NCBI GenBank assembly: GCA_030390025.1
Contig: CM059432.1
Coordinates: 87,236,001-87,300,000 of the forward strand
Origin: Squalus acanthias
Taxonomy: Eukaryota
Direction of reading: 5' to 3'
Length of the DNA stretch: 64,000 nucleotides
Part shown: in pieces, positions 1 through 12,639 of the stretch
How positions within the stretch are numbered: position 1 is the first letter of the stretch
How the letters are laid out: each line of letters starts with the position of its first letter
The notes under the pieces: generated by a model
The model's database searches: none
Seen by the model: the letters and a program-made list of their open reading frames with translations, nothing else
Told to the model about the DNA's origin: nothing
Made by a program: the position numbers and the translations under genes

Positions 1-719
1 TCAGTTTCTTAGAAAATTAAAAAAAATTATATTCAAAAACGTTTAAAACGTGACTAGTGGTGTCCCTGCGCCTAAAAAAACCCTTCATTTTAAGAGCCTC
101 CTTGAAGGCTCGCCAACGAGCACAATTAACAGAAACTCGCCATGGTGATTAATTTGATTTGGGGACATGGCCAACTTCTAGCGTGTTTTTTTAAAAAAAA
201 CTAGTGCAAACGATCGCGGAAACTCGATTTGCACCGGACATAATTTCCGCTTGAAATTCCTCAATCTTTTGTGCTGGTTTGGCCAATTTTGGGCGCATTG
301 TGCTGAAAAAAGACAGGGCAACCTAGCGGAAACTCCAGGCCATTACTTCTTATCTTTTTCTCTCATGATTATTCATGTTTCATTTAAAAATGACAACAGT
401 CCCACACTGGGGCCTGAAATTCTATGGCTGTTCCACCAGACTGCCACCGTAAATCTGGTGGGAATCCATCGGAATGGGAGGAGGCTAGAGCTCGGGGAGC
501 ACTACTGCTCCTCCTGGCCCACAAGGAGTGCTAAAACAGGCTCTTAACCTTGCACTGTGGGAGCCCAATTAAAATGTATTAATTAAGACTGATATCTGCT
601 GCCACAAAAATGGCGGCAAGGACGTGCATGTTGGGTTGAGGTCGTGTTCCGCACGTTACACTTTCTAACGCCGATCCTCTCCCACCTGTCGTGGGAAGAG
701 GATAATATCGAGGCCACTG

Positions 720-1030
720 TCTTTGAGAAGAGACGTTAAACCGAGGCCCTGTCTGTTGGATGCAAAAGATCCCATGGCACTATTCAAAGAAGAGCAGGGG
801 AGTTCTCCCAGTGTCCTGGACAATATTTATTCCTCAAACAACACCACTGATCCAGATTATCTGGTCATTATCTTATTGTTGTTTGTGGGATCTTGCTGTG
901 TGGAGATTGGCTGCGACATTACCCTACATTACAATAGTGACTACACTGCTAAAGTACTTAATTGGCGGTGAAGCACTTTGCGGCATCCTGAGGACGTGAA
1001 AGGCACTATATAAATGCAAGGTCTTTCTCT
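720..1030 (+). mobile_element. Deu-domain SINE (SacSINE1/AmnSINE1-related), 5'-truncated
   Basis: gagacgttaaaccgaggccc...aaagatcccatggcactattc...gtcctgg core, then the tail gtgaaaggcactatataaatgcaag. The same family recurs at about 1270, 5150, 6795 and 48590. Confidence 0.7.
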
Positions 1031-1269
1031 TTATGTCTTTAACAATTTAAAGTGGCCCTCTCACACGAGGCTGTAGATGCAGCCATATTCCTCTGAGGGT
1101 GGGGGGCGTGGTTGCAAGCCTTGGCATCCTTCCAGCAGGCCAGTTTACAGTGGTGAGTCCAGGGTCCTCGTCAGGGGATGTGCCACAAGTACTCACCCAA
1201 ATTGCCAAAGGCCTGGTGGTGGTGGAGACCCCTCCCTCGAATGTGCAAAATTAAGCCTCCAAATCAGAA

Positions 1270-1510
1270 AGTTGTAGGTTTAAGCTTCACTCCAGGAATT
1301 GAATTTATAATCTAAGGCTGACACTCCAGAGAAGTAATGAAGGAGTGACGCATTGTCAGAGATGCAGCCATTCAAATGAGTCATTAAACCAAGCTATAAT
1401 CAGGTGGATGTAAAGGATCTCATGGCTCTATTTGAACAAGAGCATGGAGCTATTCTGTGTCTTGGCCAACCTTCCTCCCTCAACCAACACCACAAAAAAC
1501 AGATTAATTA
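1270..1510 (+). mobile_element. Degenerate Deu-domain SINE fragment
   Basis: gctgacactccag...gatgtaaaggatctcatggctctatttgaacaagagca...ccctcaaccaacaccac is homologous to 720-1030 and 48590-49066. Confidence 0.55.
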
Positions 1511-3999
1511 CTGATTACTTACACACTTCCACAGGACCACATGACTAGTACTACCAACAGCAAGTACTCCCTCCCATTTGCTACAAATAAACAAAATAAA
1601 TGTTTATTTTTCTTATACCTCTGGTGTCGGGGGTCAATTAAATAACGTTGTGTAAAGTGTATTTAAACACATGTGGTATCAGTCATTACTAAAATGGATT
1701 AGAAAGAAAGATTAAAAAATGACAACAGACTATACAACTTTTGATAAACTTTCAAATAATCAAAGATAGCTACAAAAAAGTAGTTTAAAAAAAAACAGGT
1801 TTGCATCTCTTTGTAAGTATCTCCCCAAAAGATAGGTTGCATTGTTCTGAAGCATTTCTATACAGTTACCCTTCACAGTTAATCATAACATTATCCTCAG
1901 AAGGAGAGTCATGCTAACATCTCCTGAACATCAGGCAACAGACAGAAGTGAAATAACCAATGGAAGTGAACAAGAAAAAAATCTCACTACAGCTGATGGA
2001 TGTAATTCTGATTAACCAGCTGGATTGACCTCAAGTGAATTGCTACACTGTCACAGAATTCTCTAATTTATTTCCTTTTTTCCCCCTATTTAATTTCCCT
2101 CATGTCCATTTCATGCCAAAACGCTTCCTCTTTCAGCCAGGATTACAGGATGATCTGAGGCAGTACCATGGCTCCTATCAGTGCCATGTTGCAATTAGCA
2201 AACAGGAGGTGCATTTCTGTTCAGGCTGATTGTATCAGTTTTCCTTCTGTCCCTGAGGTACAGCACTGTAGCGATACGAGGGCCGATCCTGTGCTCCCAT
2301 GTTCCCAGCGGGAAGTGGCTCTCACAGGTAGTGCATGATGGGAAACCGTGGGCACACTGCCCATGATTTGCGGCCCATCACAATGAATGGATTGTGCTGG
2401 ATTCAGTTCCTTTTACTTATGGAAACTGGTCTCTAGACTTCATTAGGTGCGGTGGCAGGAAGGAAAGCTCTCTTCTCCTGCCACCACTTTTTAGTACTTG
2501 ACAGCTGGTGTGATCTCTTTTAACCTAGCACACACTCGGAGTAGCAATAATATCGCTCCTATGGCAGGGCGAGCAATACTACACAATGTGAATCTTAGCT
2601 CAAGATAGATCTGCCTAGTTTCAACTTCACTGCCCGAAGCCCATACTGTAATATTAATGTGCTAAGCAGGACTGCATTATCTCTTCATATGTGGTTGATT
2701 GAAACTGTGAAAAGTGAAAATATCTTTGCTATTTTAATAGCACAGCAATTTCCTCTTGATAATGTTTAACTTTTAGTTAAAATTTTATGTGGTATATTAA
2801 GTAATCATTAGTTATGAAATTAATTATTGTTTGCTTATATAACCAACAGTCACTGCATTTCATTGCAATTCATTGTATTTGAAGTGCTTTGAGAGGCTCC
2901 TGAGAGATACATAAATGCAAATCATTTGTGCTTTATGTTTCATTGATAAGAATCATGAACAACACCATCACTCATGCATTATGAGGCTATCCTCATCAGT
3001 CAAATTTACATTACCTATTTATACCAACAGAATGGACATAAATTGAGTGTTATGAACCAGTGTTACCACATTACAGTGGAATACATTTTCCCTGAAATTC
3101 TGCAGAGGTCCTCCCTGTCTGCTGCTAGTGGAACCTGCAGAGAAACCGTGTAAATAGTCATTTTCAGTCATTTATACGGTTTCTTTGGGACACTTATGGC
3201 AGGAGAGCAGGAAACACCCGTAGAACTTCAGGACCAGTGTGTGCAAAGCTGAAGTTTTACTCATGAGAGGTGAATAAGACATCAAACTTAGACCTTGCAG
3301 CTTGTGGCATCTGACTCACTGCACGGATCTCAATATCCCTGCCTCTGCAAAAATATCCTCCAAAAATACAAAAGAAATCCTCAATCATTGTTCTGGTGAT
3401 GTGTGTGTGTGTGTGTGGGCGGGAGAGAGGGGTGTTGGAAGATAAAGTTCTGGGTACTAAAACTCTGCACTCTCATGCTACCTGATTGCTGTTGTTTTAA
3501 AAATATCCTCTATACGTGCTTCACAGTGTAGACCTCAAAAATACCTCATCACAAAATAATCAAGTACTTTTTTTTTTAAGTTGTACGGCATTCATAAATT
3601 CATCATCATGTGACAAACATGGTAGCACCCTGCTCCCAATAAGCGACAACTTTTTCAAAATTTTGGGGAGTAGAAATGAGTTGCATTGTGCATTTAAATT
3701 TCTCATGGTGCAGGGATGCTCAGTGACTGGTGAGCAGGGGTGGTGAGCAGGGTGGAAGGTTTCCTGGAGCTCCGGACATTTGAATTCTTTGCTTTAAATG
3801 CAACTGCGGAATCCTGCAGATATGGTGGGCTACCTTAAAACTATTTTTCTCTATCTACCACTCTGAACATATTTTGTTTTATTTACCCTTTGATATGCCA
3901 CCATCATGCAAGTTCCGGTGAGAAGCCTGCCCTGAATCTGACTGTTTTTCTTTGCTCGGTGGGCACCTTGATGGATTTGTCAGCTTCTTTTATATTACC

Positions 4000-4990
4000 T
4001 CGTGGTAATGGTGCTCCCACGATGGTGTTAGGTGGAGAATTCCAGGATATTGATGTGGAAGGAACATGATTATATATCCAAGCTGGGATGGTGTGTGATT
4101 CGGAGAGAAATTTGGAGGTGATGTTATTCCCACAACATTGCTGATTTTGTCCTTCTTGATGGTAGAGATCATAGGGATGGGAAATACTGTTGAAGTAGCC
4201 ATGGTGAGTTGCCGCACTGCACGCTCTAGATCCTAAATAATGCAGCCGCAGTGTGTCAGTAGTGAGGGGTGGAGAGAGTCCAGTGGCAGGGCACAGATCA
4301 AGTGAAATGTTCTGTCTTGATAGTGTTGTGCTTCTTGAGTGTTATTGCAGATGCACCCACCCAGAATAGTGGCAAGTATTTCCTTGCATTCCTGACTTGA
4401 GCCTTGTAGATAGTGCAGAGGGTCAGGACGCGAGCTACTCAGAATAACCAACCTCTGTCCTGCTCTTGTTGCCCTGGTGTTGTTATAGCTGCTCCAGTTA
4501 CGCTTCTGGTCACCAGGGACCCCAAAGATGTTAATGGTGGGGGATTCACTGGCGATGGTGCAGTTCATGGTCAGGGTTTGTTAGGCCTTTTCTTGTTGGA
4601 GACGGTCATTGCCCATCACGTATATGATGCAAATATTATCTGCTACTTGTCAACCAAAGCCTGGATGTTGTTCAGCTCTTGCTGTGGGCCGGCATGGACT
4701 GTTTCAGTATCAGGTGAAGTGTGAATAGAACTGAACACTGTAGAATTATCAGTGAATAGCTCTCTCCTAACCTTATGACAGACCGAAGGTCATTGATGAA
4801 GCAGCAACGATGGTTCCCTGAGGAGCTCTGGCAGTGAGGAGCTCTGGCAGTGATGTGCTGGGGCTTCGATGAATAGCCTTCGACAACCACAATCATCTTC
4901 CTCCGTGCTGAGTGTCAGGTATGACTCCAACCACTGGAGGGTTTTCACTTTGGCTCCATTGACCTCAGTTTGCTTGGACTCCTTGGTGCT
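4000..4990 (-). mobile_element. Old degenerate CR1-group LINE ORF2 fragment
   Basis: Alignable by eye to the LINE copies at 18481 and 31886. The ORF piece SESPTINIFGVPGDQKRNWSS matches AESPTINILGVTIDQKLNWTS. Confidence 0.7.
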
Positions 4991-5149
4991 ATACTCCAGC
5001 AAATACTGAGAGGAGAATCTAAAGTGGAGGGGTTTCTTTAAACACAAAAGGGCAAATAAGATTAAGTAGTTTCAGAGCGGTAGGTAAAGGAAGACAATTT
5101 CAAGGTGGCTCCCATATCTGTAGGGCTCACACTGGCAGTTCAATCCATT

Positions 5150-5450
5150 CTCAAATGAGATGTTAAACTAAGGCACCATCTTCCTATTCTGATGATTCAG
5201 GTGAATGTTAAAGATTCCATGGCACTATTCGAAGATCATCAGAGTCCTGGCCAATAATTACCTCTCCATCAATAATAACAGAAAAAAAGATAAATTGGTC
5301 ATTCATCCCATTGCTGTTTGTGGGACCGTACTGTACACAAAATGGCTACTGCATTTACCCACATAACAATAGGCACTGCACAATGTAATTCATTCTATCT
5401 GAAGTGCTGAGAGATATGAATAGAGCATTATATAAATGCAGGTTCTTTTT
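5150..5450 (+). mobile_element. Degenerate Deu-domain SINE
   Basis: atgagatgttaaac...aaagattccatggcactattcgaaga...ttgctgtttgtggga...tatataaatgcag. Confidence 0.6.
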
Positions 5451-6794
5451 TGCCCCCAAATAAAACTATTTTCAGAGTGGTAAATGAAGCAGTTTTAAGG
5501 CTGCCTGCAGGAGTTTGAGTTTCCAGTTAAATCCAAGAATTAAATTTTCCACGCTCTAGGGAACTGCCCTATGAGAAGTTCAAATCTTCGATTTAATCAT
5601 CAGCAAATGCAGACAATCAGCCTGGCAAGTTCCAGCAATGAGCTGAACCACTGCAAAACAAAGAAGTCAGTTCAGACTGAGGATGCATTGTAACCTCGGT
5701 ATTAACACTAAGCAGCAGCTGCTTCCCCAACTGGATGCCTATGTTCATAACAAGTATCCCCTCTGTAACCAAATTATGCTGGTAACATCTAACAACATTT
5801 TTTCCAATGACATGTAACAAACATTTCACTACGGAGGATGAAAAATTACACTTTCTTTTGCTTACAATTGCTCAAATATCAAAATATCTTTCTCCTGCTA
5901 TAAATAATTTCCATCATTTAAGACAGAAGTCGAAAATTTAGATTTACAAATGTCTACACACTTGCAGCATAAAAATATATAATGGACAACTGTGAAATAC
6001 CTGTGGAGGGTGACCTCTGTCCTTTATGGTATATCTGTTGCAAAATAAAGCAAGAATGATGGAAGGTAGTCCTTTTCGGCTGATATTTTACTTCTTTCCT
6101 TCTCCCCCATTTTCTCACTCAGTTTCTCTGCACCATCCACCCTCCATGGCCAAGAGGATCAGCTGCAAAGCTTCTGTTAATGGAACTGATTTCACAAGAG
6201 TGACTGGAATGGCCAGTCTTCTTATTTCTAGCTACACTGGTACGAACCCCCCCCCCACCCCCAGAATAAATGCTACTATGAAAAATTTGGAAACCTTTTG
6301 TTGCACTGACTTATATTAGATGCCACTTGGTGCAATGGAACAACATATTGATGCTCCAGGAAATAGGGCTTGAAATTCTGATTTTTGATTTGGTGCAAAA
6401 GTGGTTCTGCCGTAGGGGACTGGAATTTGGATCGGAAGTCAGCTATGTCAGAGTTACGTCCGTTCTAAAATTCATGTTAAATTCCAGTAGAAATGGCTGC
6501 TGGCAGAAGATTGACCCGCTGACTAGACCACTGGTTGTCTGCCTATTCAGATTTTCAGGCAGAGGCGACCTCGATTTTGGTGACCAGGTCTCCCGCCGAA
6601 AATAGGTCGAGGACTAATTCATATATGCAAATCTGGGTCAAATGAAACAGTTAAGACCCCACCTCTGATTTAGGAAGAACTAACTGTACCTCACTGTTAA
6701 TGTTCATAAGATGTGTCATCCATACAAATTATTTAAGTTGATTATTTTACGAGGCAATTTTGAAAGACTTCGTTTCTGGCACAAAGACTTCGTT

Positions 6795-6906
6795 TCTCAC
6801 ATTACAACAGTGACTACACTCCAAAAGTACTTCATTGGCTGTAAAGCGCTTTGAGTCGTCCGGTGGTCGTGAAAGGCGCTATATAAATGTAAGTCTTTCT
6901 TTCTTT
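6795..6906 (+). mobile_element. 3' tail of a Deu-domain SINE
   Basis: cacattacaacagtgactacactccaaaagtacttcattggctgtaaagcgc...aaaggcgctatataaatgtaagtctttctttc. A 15-bp direct repeat (aaagacttcgtttct x2) sits at the 5' junction. Confidence 0.65.
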
Positions 6907-7441
6907 CACAATGCCACGCTAAATGGGAATACACGTTGCAGAATCAGTCCTATAGTGTTACAGCCCTGTCTCTGACCTGAAATTCGCTCCAGTGAGGCTC
7001 CACACCAGGCGCAGAGCCTCACAGAATTACCCCTTACACGGTTTTTTCAATATTCTTTGAAGCAGTGGTGCATATTGTTTTATAGATTAATTACATTAAC
7101 TTGGGAGAGAAGAGAACCTACAAATAGAAGTAAAGCCCATTTCAAACATGAAGAGGGGGAGCAGGTCTGTGCAGCACTTACTTTGAATGTTCTACCTAGC
7201 TGTAGCAGTAAATAAGAAAAGAAAAAGCATCAGTTAAATACATTGATCAGATATTTACTTATTGAAGGTGATAAGTAACTGTATTATATCTCAGAATCTA
7301 AAGAGGCTTTGGCTAAACTGGTGGATAAGCTATTAAAGAACCTGTAGTGTTTAATCGCCTGTAAAAAGCCTTGCATTTACTTTGATCATACATTGTGCCT
7401 TGTTTCTATCTTACTTCTGTGAATCCTTCTTTCGAGACAGT

Positions 7442-8153
7442 GGGCTGGATTTTAGCTCGGAGGCAAGTTCCGTGGTGGGGCTGTTGTGAGGTCAGGAAAC
7501 CCGGAAGAACTGGATTCCTGAATGTCCCTAGAAGAGAAGCCCCGAATGTTCCTGCAGTTTTTAACTGCTGGGCTCCTTTAAAAAAATTTCTGTTGGGTTC
7601 CTGCCCACAGGCAGCCTGATTGGCAGGCTGGAGGCCTTTCGGGCAGGAAGCCTGCTTCACAAAGCTGCAGCCTACGAGAGCAGATAGGTGTAATGGGGTG
7701 AGAGAGATCATGGGGGGTGGGGGTGGGGAGGAGGAGGTGGCCAATAGGAAGCAGATGGTGGTCGGGGGTGAGCAGACAGATTGGTGTGGGGGTTTACTGG
7801 GTAGCTTGATGGGCCTGGAGGAAACACTCCTGCTCCTCCTGGCCCACAAGCAGTGCTGAGGCAATCACCTTATGGATTCAGCCATTATTACCTTCTTCCA
7901 GAGGCCTTGGAAACCCGGTGGACATGAGTTAAAAATAGTATGACTATTAAAATGAAGGCAGGCAGCCTCATTATAATATTTAAATGACCAACCAACTTCC
8001 CCCCCAACTGGATTGGTCGCCTGCCCCTCATCCTGCCTCTGTTAACGGAAGTGGGCAGCTTTGAGGCGGGTTGGGTTCCTGTTTCAGATTTTTTGCATTT
8101 TAACCTTTGACACGACCCCAACACAACTGTTTTTGGGTGTTAAGATTCAGCCT
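7442..8153. mobile_element. Non-autonomous TIR element (Harbinger-type MITE)
   Basis: Ends GGGCTGGATTTTA / TAAGATTCAGCCT are imperfect inverted repeats, flanked by AGT on both sides. Confidence 0.65.
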
Positions 8154-8980
8154 AGTATCTCACTTCCAGTCTGCAGATTAATTTTTCCCCACCCCAAGCA
8201 TTTACTTTCCTCTTGAAACCATCATTTGATGTCATTTATAGAGCTGCTTATGAATTTTGTGCTGACCAAGACGCGGGATGTCAGCGTTCAAGACTTTCAA
8301 CTTTGGGCATACATTCGCTTGGGCCTTTTAGTCTTACCAAATATTTCCTGGTCAGGTATATAGTACAGTTGAATGCAGAGTAAAACTCTCCCTCTACCCT
8401 GCCCCAACAATGGGTTTCAGTCACAAAGCTCAGAAGAGCACTCCCTACTCTACCAGTGTGACATTTTTTCATTTCCCATAATGGCCCAGAAGCTGAATGC
8501 TAAATTAGAGGCTGCTTTGTGCCATGGGGCTATGCCCACTAGGAAATGGACTTAGACCGCCCAAACTCAATTTATAGATAAGGATCCTTACAAATAGGAG
8601 AAAGAAGCTGGACTGGATTTCAACCCAGCCCTCAGAGTTGAAAAGCCAGTGTCTAACCCACTGAAGCACTCAGTCCCCTTAATAGTAATTGCTGTCTATT
8701 ATGTACTGGGAAGCTTTTTCTCGATGGTCACCGAGTTGATAAATATACTACATGATGTGATTCTGAGTGTTGGAGTTCAGGAAAATCTCAGGTTCAATTT
8801 TGAGTCTGCGCTGAGTTAACCAATCTTGATGATGGAGTACTAAAGTTGGTTCCTGGCTAGGAAGGGGGGAAAAATGCCTTAGTTTCATTTCCCAATCACT
8901 ATTAAGTGACCATTGTTAAAATAAAATGAGCAAGGACTTGGTTTCAATGTCCATGCAGTTGAGCAGCCTGCTGACACTCC

Positions 8981-9654
8981 GGAGTTAATTGTAACCCCCC
9001 TTCGCCCAGCGAGAATGGTGCGTGGGAAGGGTCAAATCATCCGAGTCTACTTGCCGGCCCAAGACTGCACCGTTCCCGCCTGGCGACATTTTTTCTTCAC
9101 CGACTATGAATTCGGCCGAATTTCGGCTGCAGGCAGGCAGGGGCCTAATTTACATTGCGAAGTCATGGCCCGATGTCATCGGTGCCGCAACAGTATTTTA
9201 ACTTCTGCGTTCAGAAGACCCGCACAGGGTCAACCCCAACATCACAGAATGGCCAGAGAGGCCAATGTACGTTTGAAAAAATAATTTTTAGATGGAATCC
9301 TTGTGGGCCAGGAAGAGCAGGAGTGCTCCCCCAGTCTTGCAAGGATGCCCTGGGCTTCTCCCCTCCCCCCTAACCCCACCCCAACCGCGATCCTTCCCAA
9401 TCCCCCTTCCTCACTCACTTTGCTGGGGACCGTTTCCGTGGGCCTCCAGCAGCGGCCTGACCCTCCACGACTTTCCACTCTTGCCCGCTGGCAATGACAT
9501 CCTTCCCAATGTCTTCAGGCAGGAGTCAGTTTCGGGGTATTCAAATGAGGCCCGAGAGTTCAAATCTTCCGGGCCTCACACTCCGGGCGGCCAGATGGAT
9601 CACCGCTTTGGCACCCACACCCCCGATTCCTGCCCCCAAGTTAAAATTGACCCT
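8981..9654. mobile_element. Non-autonomous TIR element (MITE)
   Basis: Ends ggagttaattgtaac / gttaaaattgaccct. Contains the motif tgtgggccaggaagagcaggagtgctcccc, shared in reverse with about 495-525 and 7820-7850. Confidence 0.5.
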
Positions 9655-10715
9655 TCAGTATCTAGGTTCACACATGTAGAATGGTCACTTGGTTCAGATA
9701 CTGGTAGCTTTTCAGGTGCCTGTGGAATATACCTCCGCATAAGTCAACACCTTCAACAGAGGAGACACATCAGAAATACATTGGGGGAAAAAGTTTGCCG
9801 TCAAATGACCATAAATTTTCACACATTAAAAAGTGCACTTTCCCTGTCTCTTTAAAAATGTTTGCATGTGCTATGCACTAGCTTATAACACACCTGGGTT
9901 TGGGCTGACTTTCCAATATAAAATGGGTCATGCTGCACATGAAAATAATCAAGTTACTATAAAAATATTCACAGCTAATTTCATATAGTGCTCCACAGCA
10001 GCCAGAGGGTGAAGAATCCTCAATCGTGAAGTTCAGAAGCTTTGTTTTTTCTCCTTGTACTGTTGCCAGAAATTCCAAGTTTAATAACTGCCTCTCCACA
10101 CATACACATTGTAAGCATGTGTCTCTTCAGAGGACTGCATGTCTAATAGCTTAATGGTGTTCAGGAACATGTCAGAAAAATAAAAGAACTCACCCCCCGC
10201 CCCCCCCACCCCGATTATATGCAATAATGAGGAATATAAAACCTGAGCCAGTTTTAGGTAGAAAATTCAGCAAGAAAAATAGATGGTGAGAGAACATCCA
10301 AAAACCAGAAGCTCATTAGGAGACACAGTTTAGGAGCAAGAAAAAGGAAACTGCAAACAGAAGAGGGGACATTTCTAATAGGTCAGTGGAGTACGTACAC
10401 AGAAAGTGATGTAATTTGATTATACAATGCAGCCTAGAAGTAAGTTGAAAGTTTGTTTCCTGATCAAAAGGTTCCGAGGACTTCACAAACCAGAATAGCA
10501 ATGCTACATTCACAGCCATTATGTGAAAACCACCATTAGGTTAGACTTGAAACTCACTCCAGAGTATTTCTTGTGTACTGTGTACAATTTAGTTTGCTGG
10601 TTTATTCTTTTTTGGCTGATAGTGTACTCTTGTATCTGATGCATAATGCTGTCAGCAAAAGGACATTGTGAAAGCATACTGAGAGTTTATAACATATACT
10701 GGATATAAGGTTTAC

Positions 10716-11000
10716 CATAGAATCATAGAAATTTACAGCACAGAAAGAGGCCATTCGGCCCATCGTGTCTGTGCCGGCCGAAAAGTTATCCAGACTAATG
10801 CCACTTTCCAGCTCTTGGTCCGTAGCCTTGTAGGTTACGGCACGTCAAGTGCATATCCAAGTATTTTTTAAATGCGATGAGGGTTTCTGCCGCTACCACC
10901 CTTTCAGGCAGTGAGTGCCAGACCCCCACCACCCTCTGGGTGAAAAAAGTTCTCCTCAACTCCCCTCTAATCCGTCTACCAATTACTTTAAATCACCTAC
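10716..11000 (-). mobile_element. 3' end of a CR1-type LINE
   Basis: atagaatcatagaa terminal microsatellite followed by cagcacagaaagaggccattcggcccatcg, the reverse complement of a CR1 3' tail, then ORF2 C-terminal remnant. Confidence 0.65.
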
Positions 11001-11562
11001 ATATGTCCTGATAAGTATTGGATGTCTGCGAGATCCTCATGTGAATGTTTGCACACATCAGAGACAGGGTTCACATGGGCAATTACACAACATTCACAAA
11101 ACTAACTGACCAGAAAACAAAAGACTTTCCCCAACATCAAACTGAAACTGTATCTGGGGCTTTAAAGGCTGTTATCCAATTTAAATGTTTAGCTATAAAC
11201 TGTTGGAACAGTTATCATGATTCATTACACGTAAACTCAGATTACTGCCTTGTAATTTCTGCTATTAATGTAGCAATTACCCAGATTTACCACAGTTAGT
11301 TATGATTGTAATGCCACAGACATGAGGTTTTGAAAATTGATGTTAGAGGTATTTGGAACTTACTAAAAAATGACATAATTAGACTCGAGCTTTATTTAAG
11401 AAATTCCACCCTAGATGTAGCAAGTTTGCATCACGTGAACTGCCTTCACTTCAAAGGAAAGGTCTCTTAAGTTTGAAGTACCAAATTTCTGTTACTGAAA
11501 AAACATAAAATGAAATCCATTTTCTGAGCTAGTTTTCTGGGTGATTAGATGCAGAGGTTTAC

Positions 11563-11681
11563 CTGGCTGGCAGAAGGTTGGTGACAGCTCCCTGGCAACT
11601 CCCCTTGCAATGTCTGATTCCTGGCGTGCGGCGCGTGCGGCCCCATCCGCTCCGTCAGCTTTGGCCCTTGCATGTGCAGTT
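11563..11681 (-). CDS. JPH1: Junctophilin internal coding exon (equivalent to JPH1 exon 3, alpha-helical region)
   Basis: The reverse complement reads cttttattttttaatctag|A ACT GCA CAT GCA AGG GCC AAA GCT GAC ... TTC TGC CAG CCA G|gtaaac, translating as (R)[39 protein letters not shown](G). This matches the JPH1 segment [41 protein letters not shown] better than JPH2 or JPH3 as I recall them. 119 nt, phase 2 to phase 1, canonical AG/GT. Neighbouring exons lie outside the window. Confidence 0.9.
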
Positions 11682-12639
11682 CTAGATTAAAAAATAAAAG
11701 TAAACTTCAGCAATGTACTGCCAGCATTGGTTTATCTTGCACTGTATTTGGGCTTGATGAGTCACATAATGTAGAATCATATAATTTAGTAGGATTCTCC
11801 CTGTCTTTTTATCCCCAAGCATACCATAAACAAAAAAATAAACATGAACAACAGCATAGCAATGGTACAATTTGCCACATGCACAACAAAGGAGGGAAAA
11901 ATATTCCTCATTGGATAACCTTTGTTTTTACTGTTTAAAGAGAGAATCATTATTTTCATCTGTATGAATTTCAAAAATTAAGATATCTACATTACATTCT
12001 TATCAAGTGCATAATCTATTAAAATGTATATTTCCTCAATTATTTACAATTACATAACTAAAAGATATCCCTTTAATCTTCTTGAATAAAGATGAGTCAG
12101 TTTTGTAAATATTGTTTTTACAGACCAGCAAAATCATTATAAGATTATCACTGCAGAAAATATTACAGCAATAATGTGACACTGGCAAATGTAATCCAAT
12201 CATTTTTGCTGGAATTATAATCTTTTGTTCAACTAAAAGGGACTTTGATTATGCTATAGTGAGCTTTTTAAAATGGACCTATCCGGACATGTTTTAGTAA
12301 TAAAATAATGATGAAAATAAGCCAGTACGCTTAACATGAGATATCAAGGCATCTTGTGTAAAAGTGTAATGACAAACAATTTTAATTTAAACTAAAGCTA
12401 TTTTTGATGTGTACCTTTGGTACTATGTCTTTAATATTCACTAGATTTTTGATTGGATTTGTCAGCTTCAGTGGTTTTCGTTCGAAAGCTCATTGCCACT
12501 GGCTATTTTCTTACAGAAACGATTGTACAGAGGTGAGCACTTGGACCTTGCTTATGCTGCTGCGCTTGTTAAAATGTCTGAAATGTCAGATTAGCAGAAA
12601 AAATATCAACTCCTTTCAGCTCTAAAATTACAGCATGGC

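Noticed and set aside
9292..9855. 187-codon ORF
   Set aside because: Mostly lies in a MITE and runs across its boundary; no domain similarity.
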